Part shown: positions 16,269 to 25,021 of the stretch, piece after piece
Layout of the letters: each line of letters begins with the position of its first letter
Numbering within the stretch: the first letter of the stretch is position 1
Origin: an uncultured Clostridia bacterium
Lineage (GTDB): Bacteria > Bacillota > Clostridia > Christensenellales > CAAEEZ01
Length of the DNA: 64,000 nucleotides
NCBI GenBank assembly: GCA_934365195.1
Contig: CAKRNA010000008.1
Span: 3,995-67,994, forward strand
Direction of reading: 5' to 3'
The notes under the pieces: generated by a model
The model's input: only the letters and a program-made list of their open reading frames with translations
Told to the model about the DNA's origin: nothing
The model's database searches: none
Made by a program: the position numbers and the translations under genes

Positions 16269-18593
16269 TTATACCTTTTGGAGTATTGTGTATAAATCAA
16301 TTATACTGTTTCTTTTTTGTTCTTCTTCGTCATTGTCAAATTGGTGCGCTGGGGAGTTGTATTCTTCTCTCTTAAGGTCAAGTTCCTTAAATAAATCTAA
16401 TCCAAGGCAACCTGTATCTTTTAGCCAATTTAACAACTCGTGAAGTTGGGTGTAATTAAAATTCGCAGTTCTTATTTCATATGCAAAATGGTATTCTAAA
16501 TGTTTTTGCATTAAAGTACGCGCATCCACTTCATTATAAGAGTGAGAAGTGCCATCCATGAAAGTAACCATAGAATGAATTGCTGATTGGTAATCGTCCA
16601 TCAACAAAGGTTCATTTTTGGGATCGATTTTTTTCAAATCATTTGTTGTCGGACCGTGGGTTATTTTTATTAAGGTAGGATTATCGTGATATGTTAATTG
16701 AACTGCTTTTTTATAGAAGTTTTGATAGTGAGTTGTAATAATTATTTGAGCAACGGAATCCTTTAATTTTTTTACTTCATTGATGAAAATATTCATTCTA
16801 TCAATATCAAAACTTGTGATAGGGTCATCTAAAAAAATAATTGTTTCACCCGATGCTGTTCTTTTTATTTTGGTGAAAAATATTGCTAATGCCAACGCTC
16901 GCCTATCCGATTCGCTTAATACAAATTGTATTTTATCTTTCGGTACTAACTCGCCTCTAAAATAAACATCAAGTGAGTAGGTTTTGTTTGTTCCTTTGGT
17001 GGTAATAACCTTTTCGATTTTATAATTCCTACTACCAAATTTTTCGAAATAAGCATTAATATCATCATAGAATTCGGTTAAGTAGGATTCTTGTTCTTTG
17101 TCAAAATCTTGCTTTTTTTGCTTAGACTGATTTGCTATATCAGTAATTTGTTTTTTTAGTAAAACAAATTGTTGAATTTTATCGTTAAGCAAATTACGCT
17201 GGACAATGATAAATAATCGGTTGTATTCATTCTCTAGTTCAATTATGTGTTTATTTATTGAATCTGCTGTTAGGTTGGCAATGTATGCGCCCGCTAATGT
17301 ATTAAATTCCTGTAATAGGGTGTTATATTGTTTTATATTTTCGTTATATGCTTTAATGGTGTTGTAAAAACTTTGCAAATCAAATGCTTCAATCGAAGTA
17401 TAAAAGTTGTCAAATTTATTTTTAATTTTTACTTCCATTGTTTCGATTAGTGTTTTAAGGCTCTTTTCGCAATTTTCATAATTAGATATAAGAATTTCTC
17501 TTGCGTCAAGCAATGAATGGTATAAAGTTGAAACCTTTTCATCGAAAACCTTTGAATTAATTGTCGCAATTAAATCTTCATTTTGTATTAATTTTGTTGG
17601 ATTAATATTTAATTTTGTTGGAAACTTAATTTTATTGAGTGATAATACCTTTTGGGTATATTCTTGTATTTCCTTGCTAAAAAATTCAATAAAAACATCG
17701 ATGCTTTCATTTCCAGTTAAGGAGGTACCACAAAAAGGACAATGTTCGTCAACAATCCATTGTGTTCCTTGTAAAATCCAATTGTCTATTGCAACTGAAT
17801 CTGATGAATTTATATAAGTGTTTTTATGATTATTATATAATTCAATTAAATCTTGTTTTTGAAAAGAATATGCACTGGCTAGTATTTTATTTATATCATT
17901 AATTACGGAAAATATATTTATATCAATGGGAAGCAAAGCAGTTGGGAATGCTAAATTTTTAATAGCAGAAATATTTTTCAAGTTTTTTGTTTCTTCTTGT
18001 ATTGTCGTTTTTATTCCCAATAACGCAACATCTTCATCGTGAATATCTGCTTGATATGGCGCTTTTATAAAGTCTTTCAATGGAAGTTTTTTTTCGATTG
18101 CACGTTCAATATCTTCGGTAAGGGAATCATATTTACGAGTAAGCTCATTTTTTTGTTCGTTTAATGCCAATAATTCTCTTGATAAATTTACGCTTTTCTC
18201 ACCAATAATAAAGCGAGTAAAGTTTTCTTTATTTTTATGCTCTATTGCATTATTTGTAAATACATTATCAAAAACAAAAGCGGTATCAAAAACCTCTATA
18301 TTTGACATGTCGCCCAACCCTGGGTCTATACACCACAAACCTCTTTGAAATTTTGCATTTTTACCATTTGAAAAATTGAATGATACAGTCGGTTGTTCAG
18401 TCTGTCCAACAGTTTTTCTTTGAGTAATATAAATGGGGTCGTTATTCTTAAGCGATTTAATGACGTCACATATAGTTGTTTTTCCTTGTGAATTTGGTCC
18501 ATACATCAGTACTAGTTTTGATAATTCAATTGACGCCGGGCGAGAACTTAAAAATGTCCCAATGTTTTTTATCTCTTGTATCCTACTAATCAT
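16269..18593 (-). CDS. RloC/PrrC-like AAA_13-type ABC ATPase with long coiled-coil insert, CxxC zinc hook and C-terminal R...NxxxH region; putative defence ATPase or anticodon-nuclease-like protein
   Basis: The N-terminus IKNIGTF...LVLMYGPNSQGKTT carries Walker A. CPFCG sits mid-way in a ~500-aa helical insert. The signature-like LSESDRRAL and Walker B IIFLDDPITSFD follow. The C-terminus reads ARTLMQKHLEYHF...EEYNSPAHQF. The 774-aa size is similar to RloC. Family assignment is from memory. Confidence 0.55.
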   Translation of the reverse strand: MISRIQEIKNIGTFLSSRPASIELSKLVLMYGPNSQGKTTICDVIKSLKNNDPIYITQRKTVGQTEQPTVSFNFSNGKNAKFQRGLWCIDPGLGDMSNIEVFDTAFVFDNVFTNNAIEHKNKENFTRFIIGEKSVNLSRELLALNEQKNELTRKYDSLTEDIERAIEKKLPLKDFIKAPYQADIHDEDVALLGIKTTIQEETKNLKNISAIKNLAFPTALLPIDINIFSVINDINKILASAYSFQKQDLIELYNNHKNTYINSSDSVAIDNWILQGTQWIVDEHCPFCGTSLTGNESIDVFIEFFSKEIQEYTQKVLSLNKIKFPTKLNINPTKLIQNEDLIATINSKVFDEKVSTLYHSLLDAREILISNYENCEKSLKTLIETMEVKIKNKFDNFYTSIEAFDLQSFYNTIKAYNENIKQYNTLLQEFNTLAGAYIANLTADSINKHIIELENEYNRLFIIVQRNLLNDKIQQFVLLKKQITDIANQSKQKKQDFDKEQESYLTEFYDDINAYFEKFGSRNYKIEKVITTKGTNKTYSLDVYFRGELVPKDKIQFVLSESDRRALALAIFFTKIKRTASGETIIFLDDPITSFDIDRMNIFINEVKKLKDSVAQIIITTHYQNFYKKAVQLTYHDNPTLIKITHGPTTNDLKKIDPKNEPLLMDDYQSAIHSMVTFMDGTSHSYNEVDARTLMQKHLEYHFAYEIRTANFNYTQLHELLNWLKDTGCLGLDLFKELDLKREEYNSPAHQFDNDEEEQKRNSIIDLYTILQKV

Positions 18594-18609
18594 GCTCTTC
18601 CTCGTTTTT

Positions 18610-19347
18610 TTATAAATGTATGTTGTACATCAGCCTGTCTTCACGGCCATTATCGTATAAAAAGGCTTTTTGGTCGTAATTAAAGACTGGCTTTGCTTTA
18701 TGTATTATACGGTGATGGTCTGGACAGACAATCATCACGTTTTTCGCGTCGTTGTTTGCTGTGAGGGAGATGGGTTGAATGTGATGTGCTTCACTTACGT
18801 CAACGCCATACATTTCAATTGCTCGTGCTCCACATATTTGGCAACGGTATTCATACAACCCTTTAAGCGATTGTTGAATTTTAGGGTCGAATACGCGGTT
18901 CTTGGATTCTTTTATCGTCTTAATAATATGAGCCGTGCTGTCCTTACCGTTTATTATTGCCTCTAATTCGTCTTCGGAGCACCCGTGAATAATTTTCCGC
19001 GCTTGCTGTCTTTCGTGCTCCTCAATGGTTATTTCTTCGTTATCGGCTAAAATAGACTGAACAATTTTAGTTAACTCTTCAAAAGTGTAATGTTTTAAGC
19101 CGTTGTGAAAGGTTTCAACTACGGCGTTAGGCATCCTTTTATTGAAACCAACGCGGTGGCTACCTGTTAATGGGTCAAACTCATCACGACGGAGTTTTAG
19201 GTAATGATTATCTTTGCCAAATTTTAAGGATAAATCGCTAAAAGCCTCGGTTAACGTAGAATAACCAAGCGCTTTCATTGCATCCCTATCAAATTTTGAA
19301 AAATAATACGCCATTATCGTGGCTTTTCTATTATTGTCGGTAAGCAC
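18610..19347 (-). CDS. HNH endonuclease (McrA-type beta-beta-alpha-Me zinc finger) with a ~110-aa N-terminal domain of unknown function
   Basis: CQICG...EAHHIQP...N...VCPDHHRIIH. GTG start with AAGGAG 7 nt upstream. It ends 16 nt before the ATPase gene, so the two form an operon. Confidence 0.8.
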   Translation of the reverse strand: MLTDNNRKATIMAYYFSKFDRDAMKALGYSTLTEAFSDLSLKFGKDNHYLKLRRDEFDPLTGSHRVGFNKRMPNAVVETFHNGLKHYTFEELTKIVQSILADNEEITIEEHERQQARKIIHGCSEDELEAIINGKDSTAHIIKTIKESKNRVFDPKIQQSLKGLYEYRCQICGARAIEMYGVDVSEAHHIQPISLTANNDAKNVMIVCPDHHRIIHKAKPVFNYDQKAFLYDNGREDRLMYNIHL

Positions 19348-19465
19348 AACCTTTCTCCTTTGTTATTCGTGTTTTACTTGGATTTCGTTATAGTCATACC
19401 TGTTTTGTTTGTGGTCAATAGTTTGGTTGTTTTCCAATATTTAAGCCAGTATTTCTTTTATAAGT

Positions 19466-20638
19466 TCAGTTTTTTTGACCAAACAACTGTTTCGCCATAT
19501 ATTCAATTACTTTTACGTTAACAGCATTCCCGAATTGTTTATAGGCTTGGTGGTCGTTAGGGTTACATATAAACGTGTCAGGGAAACTTTGTAGACGTGC
19601 AGCCTCTCTAGGGGTCAGTCTACGTTTAACCTTGCCTATGACAGGAATTTGAACCATTGCCACAAGAGCGGGGAATACGCTAGGTCTTTTTACGCGTACG
19701 CCACTTGGTCTAAACTGAATCAATGCATCCCAAACGGAAGAGCAATCTTTACCACATTGCCATTCGAATTTTTGTTCGGTCATGGTAAAGTCTTTTAAGT
19801 AATCCCATTTCTTAAGCCATTTGTCAATAAACTCTTTGTTGTTTAAGTAAAGCGCACGGCTTTTCCTAATAAATTCCTCCTTCCATTTTGGGTAACCTAA
19901 ACCTTCATACTGATACGTTTTTCCAAATTCATCAGACCATATAGGAAATCCAATTACTTTTTCTTTTATGCCTTTTATGAACTCATCCCAGCATGTTAAC
20001 ACTTTTTCTTCGTGTTCGGTAATGTAGTATTTAGCGTCAACGGAACCTTCTTCAATAATGCCAGATTCCAAGAAGTTAATTTTATCTTTGTCGGTGTGTG
20101 GTAATTCAACCTTTATTTCTGTTACGCCAAGTGATTCGTGAATACCTAGTATTACAACTCTTTCGCGTATTTGTGGAATGCCTAACTGGTGTGGACTAAT
20201 AATTATAGGTTCTTCTGTAATGACATATCCTAGTTCTTTTAAACTATTTTTAATTACACGCCAAGTATTGCCGTTATCGTGCGCTGCCAGGTTTCTAACA
20301 TTTTCAAGAATAAAGTAAGGCGTTTTGTGATACTTTAGTATTCTTATAATTTCAAAGAAAAGCGTACCACGCGTTTCATCCTCAAATCCCTTTTGATGGC
20401 CTGCTTTCGAAAATGCTTGACAAGGGAAGCCTGCACAAAGAACATCGTGTTTTGGAATCATCTCAGCAGCGACGTCACGGATGTTTATTCCAGAATCTAT
20501 GTTATAATTTAACTTATATGTCTCAATCGCATATTTATCTATTTCTGATGCAAATACGCATTCTCCACCTAAATTGCTTAACGCTTGGTGAAATCCTCCT
20601 ATTCCTGAAAATAGATCTATAAATTTAAATTTGGTCAT
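19466..20638 (-). CDS. DNA (cytosine-5) methyltransferase, R-M subunit M2
   Basis: Motifs FSGIGG (I), GFPCQAFS (IV), ENV (VI), QSFPD, GNAV (X). The start was moved to MTKFKF (GGAGG RBS). Confidence 0.9.
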   Translation of the reverse strand: MTKFKFIDLFSGIGGFHQALSNLGGECVFASEIDKYAIETYKLNYNIDSGINIRDVAAEMIPKHDVLCAGFPCQAFSKAGHQKGFEDETRGTLFFEIIRILKYHKTPYFILENVRNLAAHDNGNTWRVIKNSLKELGYVITEEPIIISPHQLGIPQIRERVVILGIHESLGVTEIKVELPHTDKDKINFLESGIIEEGSVDAKYYITEHEEKVLTCWDEFIKGIKEKVIGFPIWSDEFGKTYQYEGLGYPKWKEEFIRKSRALYLNNKEFIDKWLKKWDYLKDFTMTEQKFEWQCGKDCSSVWDALIQFRPSGVRVKRPSVFPALVAMVQIPVIGKVKRRLTPREAARLQSFPDTFICNPNDHQAYKQFGNAVNVKVIEYMAKQLFGQKN

Positions 20639-20686
20639 TATTACCTCCGCTACCAAAATAGCGTAAATATTTTTACAAGTCCAGTA

Positions 20687-21355
20687 CTATTTATTTGTTT
20701 TAAATTTATAAATTTCAAGGTTAGGATTATTTACATCGATCATAACCTTGGCATTTCTAGCCGCGCCATTAGAATTTCTAAACGCCGATTGAAATTTGCC
20801 GCAATATTGAATTGTTTCGGCATTTACCCAAGCAAAAATAAGTTCGTCAAAAGAAAAAGAAGTTTTTCTGCGTCTTGATGGTGCTTTACGTTCAACGCGT
20901 TCTTTTTCGTATTTACTGATTCCACCTTTTAATTCGTCATGCCACTTCTTAAAAGAACCGTCAGTGTCATAAATACTAACTCCGCTAGCAATGATAAAGC
21001 AAACTTGTCCATATTCGTCAATTGCGCGCATAGTTTCGTCATAGCCATTTGTTGGAATCTTACCGCCATCATTTTTGACAGGGTCAATACTGTGTGCTTT
21101 AAAATCCCAATTTATATCTCTAAAACCATCAAATTCTACTTTGCCATATTTTTTGCCTGGGCATTCCATAAAATTGTCTTTACCTAAAGTTTTTTCGCAC
21201 ATAAACTGAAAATAAAAACCAGGCCACTCCATTTGTTTCCAATGGTGGCAACCATTCTCTTTCATGTATTCAATTGATGCCTTTCCCTCCCAAACGGGAG
21301 GGATTCCTTTTTGCAATTTTTCAAAAATTGTTTTCATCATTAATTCTTTATTCAT
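20687..21355 (-). CDS. Putative type II restriction endonuclease (PD-(D/E)xK candidate)
   Basis: It lies between two m5C MTase genes. Its ATG overlaps the M1 stop (ATGA at 21352-21355). A possible catalytic core is FDGFRDINWDFK. No family was recognised. Confidence 0.55.
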   Translation of the reverse strand: MNKELMMKTIFEKLQKGIPPVWEGKASIEYMKENGCHHWKQMEWPGFYFQFMCEKTLGKDNFMECPGKKYGKVEFDGFRDINWDFKAHSIDPVKNDGGKIPTNGYDETMRAIDEYGQVCFIIASGVSIYDTDGSFKKWHDELKGGISKYEKERVERKAPSRRRKTSFSFDELIFAWVNAETIQYCGKFQSAFRNSNGAARNAKVMIDVNNPNLEIYKFKTNK

Positions 21356-22317
21356 ATGTTTTCTCCTTTATTAAGAGTTTCTTTAATTTTAATTGCAATC
21401 CTTTTAACAAGCGGTACGCATACCGTATTACCCGCTTCAGAGTATGCTTTATCTAATGTTGTCCCGCTTGCAAAAGAAAAGGTTGTCGGGAACCCCTGAA
21501 GTAATAGGCACTCCTGTGGCGTAAGGTAGCGTATACCGAATTTATCGTAAATAATGGGTTTGTGTAATTTTAACCCACCCATACTAGCGGTTAGCGTTCT
21601 GCAAATTCCGTCTTTACCTGTGCGTACTTGTCCGAAGTGTAATTGGTACATTTGACTTTTATCTTCCATTTTTGATTTTAAAAGAAAATAGTCTTCACTT
21701 TGCTTATCAATATAATAGATTGCATCGTGCTTAATAGAAAAATCAATTATATCAGTTAGTTTAACGTTTAACTCTTGTGGTTCGGGAAATTTGAAAAGTT
21801 CTCCCAAGTTCTCATCCAGAAAAGCCACAATAAAAATACGTTCTCGCTTTTGGGGAATATTCGCATATTCGGTTGGACAAAGAATTTTATATCTGACCGA
21901 ATATCCAAATTGAGCGAGGGAGGCAAATATTTTATTAAAGGTTTTGCCGTCATCATGTTCTTGAAGATTTTTCACGTTCTCAAGAAAAATAACTTTAGGT
22001 TTCTTTTTTTCTACTATACGTTCAATTTCAAAAAACAAAGAGCCTCGCTTATCTTCAAAACCACGTTGTTTGCCTGCAATGGAGAATGCCTGGCAAGGGA
22101 AACCAGCAACCAAAACGTCAAAATCAGGAATATCGTTAGGATTAACTTTTTTAATATCTTTTTCCAATAGGTTATGGTTAGGAAAGTTTTTCTTATATGT
22201 TTTGCAAGCATATTTATCAATTTCATTGGCAAAAACGATGTCAAATCCTGCTTGCAAAAAGCCTAAATCAATTCCTCCAATGCCCGAGAAAAGGCTTGCA
22301 ACTTTGATATTTGACAT
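21352..22317 (-). CDS. DNA (cytosine-5) methyltransferase, R-M subunit M1
   Basis: Motifs FSGIGG, GFPCQAFS, ENV, QGFP, GNTV. The true start is MSNIKVASLF at 22317. The ORF-track 5' extension overlaps the HTH gene. Confidence 0.9.
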   Translation of the reverse strand: MSNIKVASLFSGIGGIDLGFLQAGFDIVFANEIDKYACKTYKKNFPNHNLLEKDIKKVNPNDIPDFDVLVAGFPCQAFSIAGKQRGFEDKRGSLFFEIERIVEKKKPKVIFLENVKNLQEHDDGKTFNKIFASLAQFGYSVRYKILCPTEYANIPQKRERIFIVAFLDENLGELFKFPEPQELNVKLTDIIDFSIKHDAIYYIDKQSEDYFLLKSKMEDKSQMYQLHFGQVRTGKDGICRTLTASMGGLKLHKPIIYDKFGIRYLTPQECLLLQGFPTTFSFASGTTLDKAYSEAGNTVCVPLVKRIAIKIKETLNKGENI

Positions 22318-22322
22318 ACAGT

Positions 22323-22532
22323 TTAAATTTCTTCCTTTCCTGCATCCATTATATCGCCGATATTGCATTGTAATACCTTGCAAATGCGTAGCATTACGTC
22401 CATTGATACGGTTTCGTTTTTGCTCATTTTTGCCATAGTGGAAGAAGACATATCCGTTAAGTTGCATAGAGCCGTCTTAGTCAACTTTTTATCTATGAGT
22501 AATTTCCAAAGTTTATCGTAACTGACTGTCAT
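22323..22532 (-). CDS. Small HTH protein, controller (C-protein)-like regulator of the R-M operon
   Basis: 69-aa Cro/C1-type HTH (LTKTALCNLTDMSSSTMAKMSKNETVSMDVMLRICKVLQCNIGDIM) immediately upstream of M1. Confidence 0.7.
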   Translation of the reverse strand: MTVSYDKLWKLLIDKKLTKTALCNLTDMSSSTMAKMSKNETVSMDVMLRICKVLQCNIGDIMDAGKEEI

Positions 22533-22559
22533 ATTTACACCTCATACAGTACTGATAGT

Positions 22560-22622
22560 ATTGTAGCAAAAAAGAGGAAAAATTGCAAGTAATTCCTTTG
22601 ACATATCAAAGAAATTCTTTGA
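22560..22622 (-). promoter_or_regulatory. Promoter of the C-M-R-M operon with C-box-like operator
   Basis: On the minus strand: TTGCAA (22588-22583), 17 nt, TACAAT (22565-22560). Upstream is the 17-bp palindrome TCAAAGAA-A-TTCTTTGA (22606-22622) plus the half-site TTCCTTTGA (22593-22601). Confidence 0.6.
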
Positions 22623-22637
22623 AAAATAACAGTAAAA

Positions 22638-22668
22638 AACCGAGGCGTTTTGTTTATCCCTCGGTTTT
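22638..22668 (-). terminator. Intrinsic terminator after int (bidirectional shape)
   Basis: CCGAGG-N13-CCTCGG flanked by A6 and T5 runs. Confidence 0.7.
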
Positions 22669-22672
22669 TCGT

Positions 22673-24067
22673 CTACTCAAATATTTCTTCTATCTTTTGG
22701 GCGGCGGAACGGTCGGCTGTTTTTAGGAAGTGACTGTATATGTCGGTGGTTGTGCTGGTTCGCGCGTGACCCGCTCGACCTGCGACTGTTACGATAGGAA
22801 CTCCTGCGGCGATTTGCATAGTGATGTTGGTATGTCTAAGGCTGTGGACGGTTCGTTCTTCAAGTCCTGCCGTCTGGCATATCCGTTTCATCCACGTGTT
22901 TATCGTGCCAGGGTAAATGTTTCCGCCGTATTCACCGATAAACAGGCGGTTGCTGTTTTCCCACTTATCGCCGCACATCACTCGGTATTCTTCGTACCAA
23001 GCCTTATATTCCGTCAGCACCGCTATCAGTTTGTCAGATATGGCAATTACGCGCTTACTGCTTTCCGTTTTCGGTTCTTTCAACACCAACCCAACCTTGC
23101 GAACGACGGTGAGCGACCTTGCTATGGTTATCGTGCCGTTTTCTAAGTCGATATCCGACCATTCCAGTCCGCACAGTTCGCCACGGCGCATACCCGTTAG
23201 AAGAAGGGTAAGCATGGCCGTTTTATAGCGGATATCGGAATACTCGTCCGCCGCCTTATAGAACTTTTTAGCGTCTTCGTCATCCATATAATCAATTTCC
23301 CGTGGCGGACGCTTGGGGAATGTTATGTAATCGGCGCTAGCGTAGTTATCGACTATCAGCCTTTGCTTTTTTGCCGTAGCAAGCACCGCCCGTATGGTGC
23401 GCTTTATTTTGTTTATCGTTTCGTAGGCGTATTTTTGCGTCATATGCGTAACGTTGAATAAGTTTTCCGTTTTCTCGCCCAGCGTTTCGGCTAGCCGTTT
23501 GGCATACTCGTAACTGATTTGCTTACCTGCCAACGCGTTGGATAGGGAGCAACTGCTGAAATTCTTTTCATATCGTAGTTTCATATAACCGATACCCGTT
23601 TGGTTCATTTTCTCACGCAAGGTTGGTTTTGCCGTAACGACCGTAACGATCTTTTTCATACGGTCGAGTTTATCGTAGTATTGCTGTATGATATTCGGCG
23701 TAAGTTCTTTAAGTTTGTATCCGCCGATATGCTTATTCGTCAATTCTATGGCGCTCTCGCAGTTTACGTAATAACTCGCAGCCACTTCGTCTTTTCGCCT
23801 TTTTAGCCACCAAAGCGCGTAGTCCGAGAAAGTGGTTTCGGGGGATTGAGTCGGCTCTCCCGACGCCGTTTCTGCCGCTTTAACGGCTGTTTCGTATTCG
23901 GCGGCGAACAACACTACTTCCCGTTCCGTTTGTTTTGGGGTAAGCCCGACGGGCGGTTTCCAAGTGGTAGAGTGAACTTTGATTTCACCGCTACCCCTAT
24001 CCTTAATTTTGACCTGTATCCGATAGGTCATACCGCTTTTCCCGGGGCGTTTGCTTATACTTGCCAT
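22673..24067 (-). CDS. int: Tyrosine site-specific integrase with N-terminal arm-binding-type domain
   Basis: The C-terminus HSLRHTNITMQIAAGVPIVTVAGRAGHARTSTTTDIYSH carries R..HxxR..Y. The earlier RRGELCGLEWSDID box is present. RBS AGGAGG. Confidence 0.9.
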   Translation of the reverse strand: MASISKRPGKSGMTYRIQVKIKDRGSGEIKVHSTTWKPPVGLTPKQTEREVVLFAAEYETAVKAAETASGEPTQSPETTFSDYALWWLKRRKDEVAASYYVNCESAIELTNKHIGGYKLKELTPNIIQQYYDKLDRMKKIVTVVTAKPTLREKMNQTGIGYMKLRYEKNFSSCSLSNALAGKQISYEYAKRLAETLGEKTENLFNVTHMTQKYAYETINKIKRTIRAVLATAKKQRLIVDNYASADYITFPKRPPREIDYMDDEDAKKFYKAADEYSDIRYKTAMLTLLLTGMRRGELCGLEWSDIDLENGTITIARSLTVVRKVGLVLKEPKTESSKRVIAISDKLIAVLTEYKAWYEEYRVMCGDKWENSNRLFIGEYGGNIYPGTINTWMKRICQTAGLEERTVHSLRHTNITMQIAAGVPIVTVAGRAGHARTSTTTDIYSHFLKTADRSAAQKIEEIFE

Positions 24068-24155
24068 TAAATTACCTCCTACGGCGTTTTATTAAGGGGA
24101 CGTAGCAATCCCCTTAACAAAAGGAAGCCGTAAAAATTTAGAAAAGTCTAGCGAT

Positions 24156-24350
24156 TTAGCCTTGCGAACCGCTAAAATATTTGAATAAATCGTCTAAATC
24201 CACGAGAAGTTTCTTCCCCGTAAATACGCAACGTATTTTACCGCTTTTGCAAAGGCTGCGAACACAGTTAGGGGTTACCGCCGTCATAGGGTCTATCGCC
24301 TTAATTTCGGCTATAGTTTCGGTTATCGTTCTCATTCTGGGAATCGTCAT
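24156..24350 (-). CDS. xis: Excisionase-like small DNA-binding protein (MerR/HTH_17-like)
   Basis: 64 aa, directly upstream of int. The ending ...VRSLCKSGKIRCVFTGKKLLVDLDDLFKYF is typical of Xis/AlpA-like proteins. Confidence 0.6.
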   Translation of the reverse strand: MTIPRMRTITETIAEIKAIDPMTAVTPNCVRSLCKSGKIRCVFTGKKLLVDLDDLFKYFSGSQG

Positions 24351-24393
24351 CTAATACTCCTTCTTGCTCATATTTTTCTCCTTTTCCTTGAAT

Positions 24394-24626
24394 CTTCGTA
24401 TCTTCGTTGCATTGTTGCGTCGTTCTTCGTATCTTAGTTTCTTTGAATTTTTTGATTTTTTGAATAAATTTTGATTTTCGTGTGTATTAAAATCAAAAAT
24501 CAAAATCGAACGAAGTGGCGTATTTTTAGCATTTTTTTAAAGATTTGTCACTAAAATCGCCTTTTTCGCCACTTCGAACGAGTTTTGAAAATATTTTTTG
24601 ATTTTGCGCTTTGATTTTTGATTATG
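24394..24626. repeat. Repeat-rich AT-rich non-coding region; candidate iterons/origin or regulatory hub of the island
   Basis: TTGATTTT occurs 8 times in both orientations. The direct repeat CTTCGTATCTT occurs twice (24394, 24425). The inverted repeat CGAAGTGGCG / CGCCACTTCG lies at 24511-24520 / 24567-24576. Confidence 0.6.
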
Positions 24627-24702
24627 CGAAAACTCACGTATGATTGCCGCCCCGCTTATGAGTTAAAATCGTAGAGATTTGACATCCCCCCAGGGAACGC
24701 AA

Positions 24703-25020
24703 TTAGACCCTACCACTCTCGTCTTCCATTTTCTTGATTTCATCGCATTCCATCAGGGCGAAGTAGTGTACGTAAGCACCGTCAGGTTCTTGCTCGTACT
24801 CGTGCTTAATATAGCAACGACGGGTCAGAAATTCTTCTAATTCAAACGTCAAATTATAGGCGGTAATAATATCGATTCGTTCGTTTTTGGGCAATCCGTC
24901 GTTGTAGATATCTTGCAATTTCTTGGTGCTGAGTACCCAACCCTCGTCACCGCTTTCTTGAGCATAAATTCCTATAATATTTTTCATTCTTTTTTCTTGC
25001 GCGTTTTTAAGTTCTACCAC
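24703..25020 (-). CDS. Hypothetical protein (105 aa with GTG start, or 94 aa from ATG at 24987)
   Basis: It is adjacent to the stop of the upstream gene. No motif was recognised. Confidence 0.5.
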   Translation of the reverse strand: MVELKNAQEKRMKNIIGIYAQESGDEGWVLSTKKLQDIYNDGLPKNERIDIITAYNLTFELEEFLTRRCYIKHEYEQEPDGAYVHYFALMECDEIKKMEDESGRV

Positions 25021-25021
25021 G

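Noticed and set aside
21352-22467. Long form of the second methyltransferase (371 aa, starting MQLNGYVFF...) and the overlapping ORFs 22014-22438
   Set aside because: The 5' extension overlaps the C-protein gene in another frame. Conserved motif I follows the internal start MSNIKVASLFSGIGG at 22317.
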